A DNA stretch of 64,000 nucleotides. Source: Planctomicrobium piriforme (GTDB lineage: Bacteria > Planctomycetota > Planctomycetia > Pirellulales > UBA1268). Positions 62,193 through 64,000 of this stretch are shown here, piece by piece; position 1 is the stretch's first letter, and each line of letters starts with the position of its first letter. The DNA lies in assembly GCA_945871035.1 (NCBI GenBank), contig CAMBUD010000001.1, forward strand, positions 17,609 through 81,608, in the 5' to 3' direction. Both the position numbers and the translations under genes were made by a program. A model generated the notes under the pieces. It saw nothing but the letters and a program-made list of their open reading frames with translations, was not told where the DNA came from and did no database searches.

Positions 62193-63188
62193 TCAGGCGG
62201 CACGCGCATCGCCAGCAGAGCCCTGTCGGCGGGAGCCGTTCATGGCACGTCGCACAACCCACGCAGGGCGTCCCTGCGCCTCGCGGTAGGTGCGCACCAC
62301 ATATTCGCCCACGATGGCAACCGCAGCCGTTTGCATGCTGCCCAGTAACCCAACCACTGCCACGAGCGCAGCCAGGGAGATGCTAGCGCTGTCCACGGGA
62401 AAGAGACACGCTTTACCGGCCGCGATCAACCCGATTACGCCCAGTGTCAAGCTCGCCACCCACGTTAATCGCACCGGCGCATCGGAGGAAATCAGCAGCG
62501 CATCAGCAGCCAGCATCAACAGCCGGCGCACGTTGTACTTGGTCACCCCTGCGGTGCGGGCCTGCCGGTCGTACCAAACAGGCTCGTGGCGAAACCCTGT
62601 CCACGACACGAGGCTCCGCAGGTAGCGGCGTTTCTCCGGCAGCGCACAGACAGCGTCCACAACGGCACGATCGATGAGTTTAAAATCACCGGTATCGATC
62701 GGTATTGGATGGGGCACCAGCCTGGCAAAGAGTCGGTGAAACAGGCTGGCTGTGATCAATTTGAACCGGGTTTCGCCGTCGCGTGATCGGCGGCGACCGT
62801 AGGCCACATCGATGCCGCTGCGCCACAGGCGCACCATCTCTTCGATGACCTCGGGCGGATCTTGTAGATCGGCATCAATGATCACAACAGCATCGCCATG
62901 CGAGTGGGCCAAGCCAGCCGACATGGCAGATTGCTGCCCAAAATTTCGGGCCAACGCAATGACATGTGCGCGATCGTCATGAGCAGCGATGTGTTCCAGA
63001 CGCGCAAGCGTGTCATCGCGGCTGCCGTCGTCGATGTAGATGATCTCAAAGCGCATGCCAATTTTGGTCAGCACCTGCAGCAGGCGATCGTGCGTCGACT
63101 CGATCACAGACTCCTCGTTGTGACAAGGAATCACCAGCGAAAGCAAGCCGTGAGTGGCCAGCGGTTGTCGGGTGTTGAGTGCGCTCAT
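62193..63188 (-). CDS. family 2 glycosyltransferase, polyprenol-phosphate sugar transferase type (ArnC/DPM1-like)
   Basis: 'LSLVIPCHNEE', 'IIYIDDGSRDDT', 'ARNFGQQSAMSAGL', 'VVIIDADLQDPPE', and two C-terminal transmembrane helices. Confidence 0.85.
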   Translation of the reverse strand: MSALNTRQPLATHGLLSLVIPCHNEESVIESTHDRLLQVLTKIGMRFEIIYIDDGSRDDTLARLEHIAAHDDRAHVIALARNFGQQSAMSAGLAHSHGDAVVIIDADLQDPPEVIEEMVRLWRSGIDVAYGRRRSRDGETRFKLITASLFHRLFARLVPHPIPIDTGDFKLIDRAVVDAVCALPEKRRYLRSLVSWTGFRHEPVWYDRQARTAGVTKYNVRRLLMLAADALLISSDAPVRLTWVASLTLGVIGLIAAGKACLFPVDSASISLAALVAVVGLLGSMQTAAVAIVGEYVVRTYREAQGRPAWVVRRAMNGSRRQGSAGDARAA

Positions 63189-64000
63189 CGGTTCGTGTTG
63201 TCCGTGGTGCTGTGGTGGGCAGCGCTGCGATTGGCAGCGTTCTTTTTTGTGCCCAGCAAAAGAAAGTCGTGCTGCTGAAACAGCGGACGGGCCCGGCCAA
63301 TAATGCCACTCTGCGGCGGGAGTGCGGCGGCGAGATCTGGGAAGCAGTTCTCCGGTACGATTACGACGGCATCGGCACCGGAATTGAGGAAGGCCAGCGC
63401 CTCAGCCGTCTGGCCGGGCACCCATTCACTCACATGGCCTGCCGAGTAGTAGACGATGTTGGGCGTGTTGTGCGTGTAAGTGCCCAGCCGAGCATGGCCA
63501 CCGGCATGGCTGTGGGCCTGCTGGACGAGTGCCGGTAGGGCATTGGCTTTCCCAATCTGCTGCGCGGCCGGCCCGACGGCGAGGGCCGTGAACACCAACC
63601 CCGTCAAGGTCATGGCGGCTAGGGCTGCAGAAAAACTGCGCTGGGCGTACCACCAGCAGGCCACCGCGCCGACGATGGGCACCGCTCCCACGAGGGCAGC
63701 CGGTTCGGCGTCGGTGAGTCCGTAGGCCGTAGCCGTTAGCACCGTGGCTCCAAATGCCACGCCGCCCAATCCCAACGATACGGTGCCGCTGCCCATCCAA
63801 CGCGGGTGGTCCCACTGCGTGCGGCGGGCTGCCTCCACGCCGAGAGCAGCAACCAGCAGAGCGGCCGCCGGATAGGCCGGCAAAACATAATTCGGCAGCT
63901 TTGTGGCCGCTGCAGAAAAGGCCCCAACCCAAATCGTGATCCAGAGCAGAAGCAAAAGCAGTGTTTGCGACACTGCGGGGGAATCGCTCCGTTTCCAGAT
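63185..64000 (-). CDS. ArnT/PMT-like (GT39/GT83-type) membrane glycosyltransferase, C-terminal part (5' end lies outside the window)
   Basis: The frame is open to the window edge. The region is polytopic, with 'KLPNYVLPAYPAAALL' and a soluble C-terminal domain. The stop overlaps the GT2 start by 4 nt. Confidence 0.6.
   Translation of the reverse strand: MWKRSDSPAVSQTLLLLLLWITIWVGAFSAAATKLPNYVLPAYPAAALLVAALGVEAARRTQWDHPRWMGSGTVSLGLGGVAFGATVLTATAYGLTDAEPAALVGAVPIVGAVACWWYAQRSFSAALAAMTLTGLVFTALAVGPAAQQIGKANALPALVQQAHSHAGGHARLGTYTHNTPNIVYYSAGHVSEWVPGQTAEALAFLNSGADAVVIVPENCFPDLAAALPPQSGIIGRARPLFQQHDFLLLGTKKNAANRSAAHHSTTDNTNR

Noticed and set aside
61120-62262. 380-aa minus-strand ORF.
   Set aside because: It is antisense to the pckA 3' end and all of gpx, both of which have unambiguous motifs. 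It would also run through the terminator and promoter region.

Overview
This is a 64-kb, gene-dense, moderately GC-rich chromosomal window with about 66 protein genes. I recognised no rRNA, tRNA, CRISPR array, transposase or integrase. The gene content suggests a planctomycete or other PVC-type bacterium; this is inference only. The supporting signs are a DUF1549/DUF1553 gene paired with a Tat-signal DUF1501 gene, a PEP-CTERM protein, and a ribosomal-protein supercluster that lacks tuf, rpmD and infA and carries many extended r-proteins.

Layout:
- 0-11 kb: carB 3' end, rlmKL, livKHMGF-type ABC importer, recQ.
- 11-18 kb: DevC/DevA/DevB-type ABC exporter, a PAP2-like membrane protein, and a PEP-CTERM subtilase.
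- 18-23 kb: aroB, a small ORF, a membrane protein, an orphan ParA-type ATPase, and a 616-aa protein of unknown function.
- 23-30 kb: rpmA, obg, coaX, rsfS, argS, and an EF-G paralog.
- 30.7-48.0 kb: the S10-spc-alpha cluster, running from rpsJ to rplQ and including secY, adk, map, rpmJ and rpoA.
- 48-64 kb: DUF1549/1553 plus DUF1501, a MATE efflux pump, speA, nadE, three hypothetical genes, pckA, gpx, and an ArnC/ArnT-like GT2+GT39 pair.

I cannot support a self-contained novel multi-gene system, such as a defence island. The leads most worth a second look are:
1. A recurring pattern of short (8-20 bp) tandem duplications or arrays at gene boundaries and in spacers. Two of them duplicate a gene's last codons plus its stop codon.
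2. Unusually long, structured spacers inside the normally compact r-protein operons.
3. Protein variants: a LivG ATPase with a ~180-aa insertion flanked by hydrophobic segments, L24 with a CxxC...CxxC motif, an S8 protease with Glu at the catalytic Asp position, and a PAP2 motif ending in Gln.
4. The orphan ParA plus unknown-protein neighbourhood at 19-23 kb.

All functional calls rest on motif recognition by eye. No database search was run.
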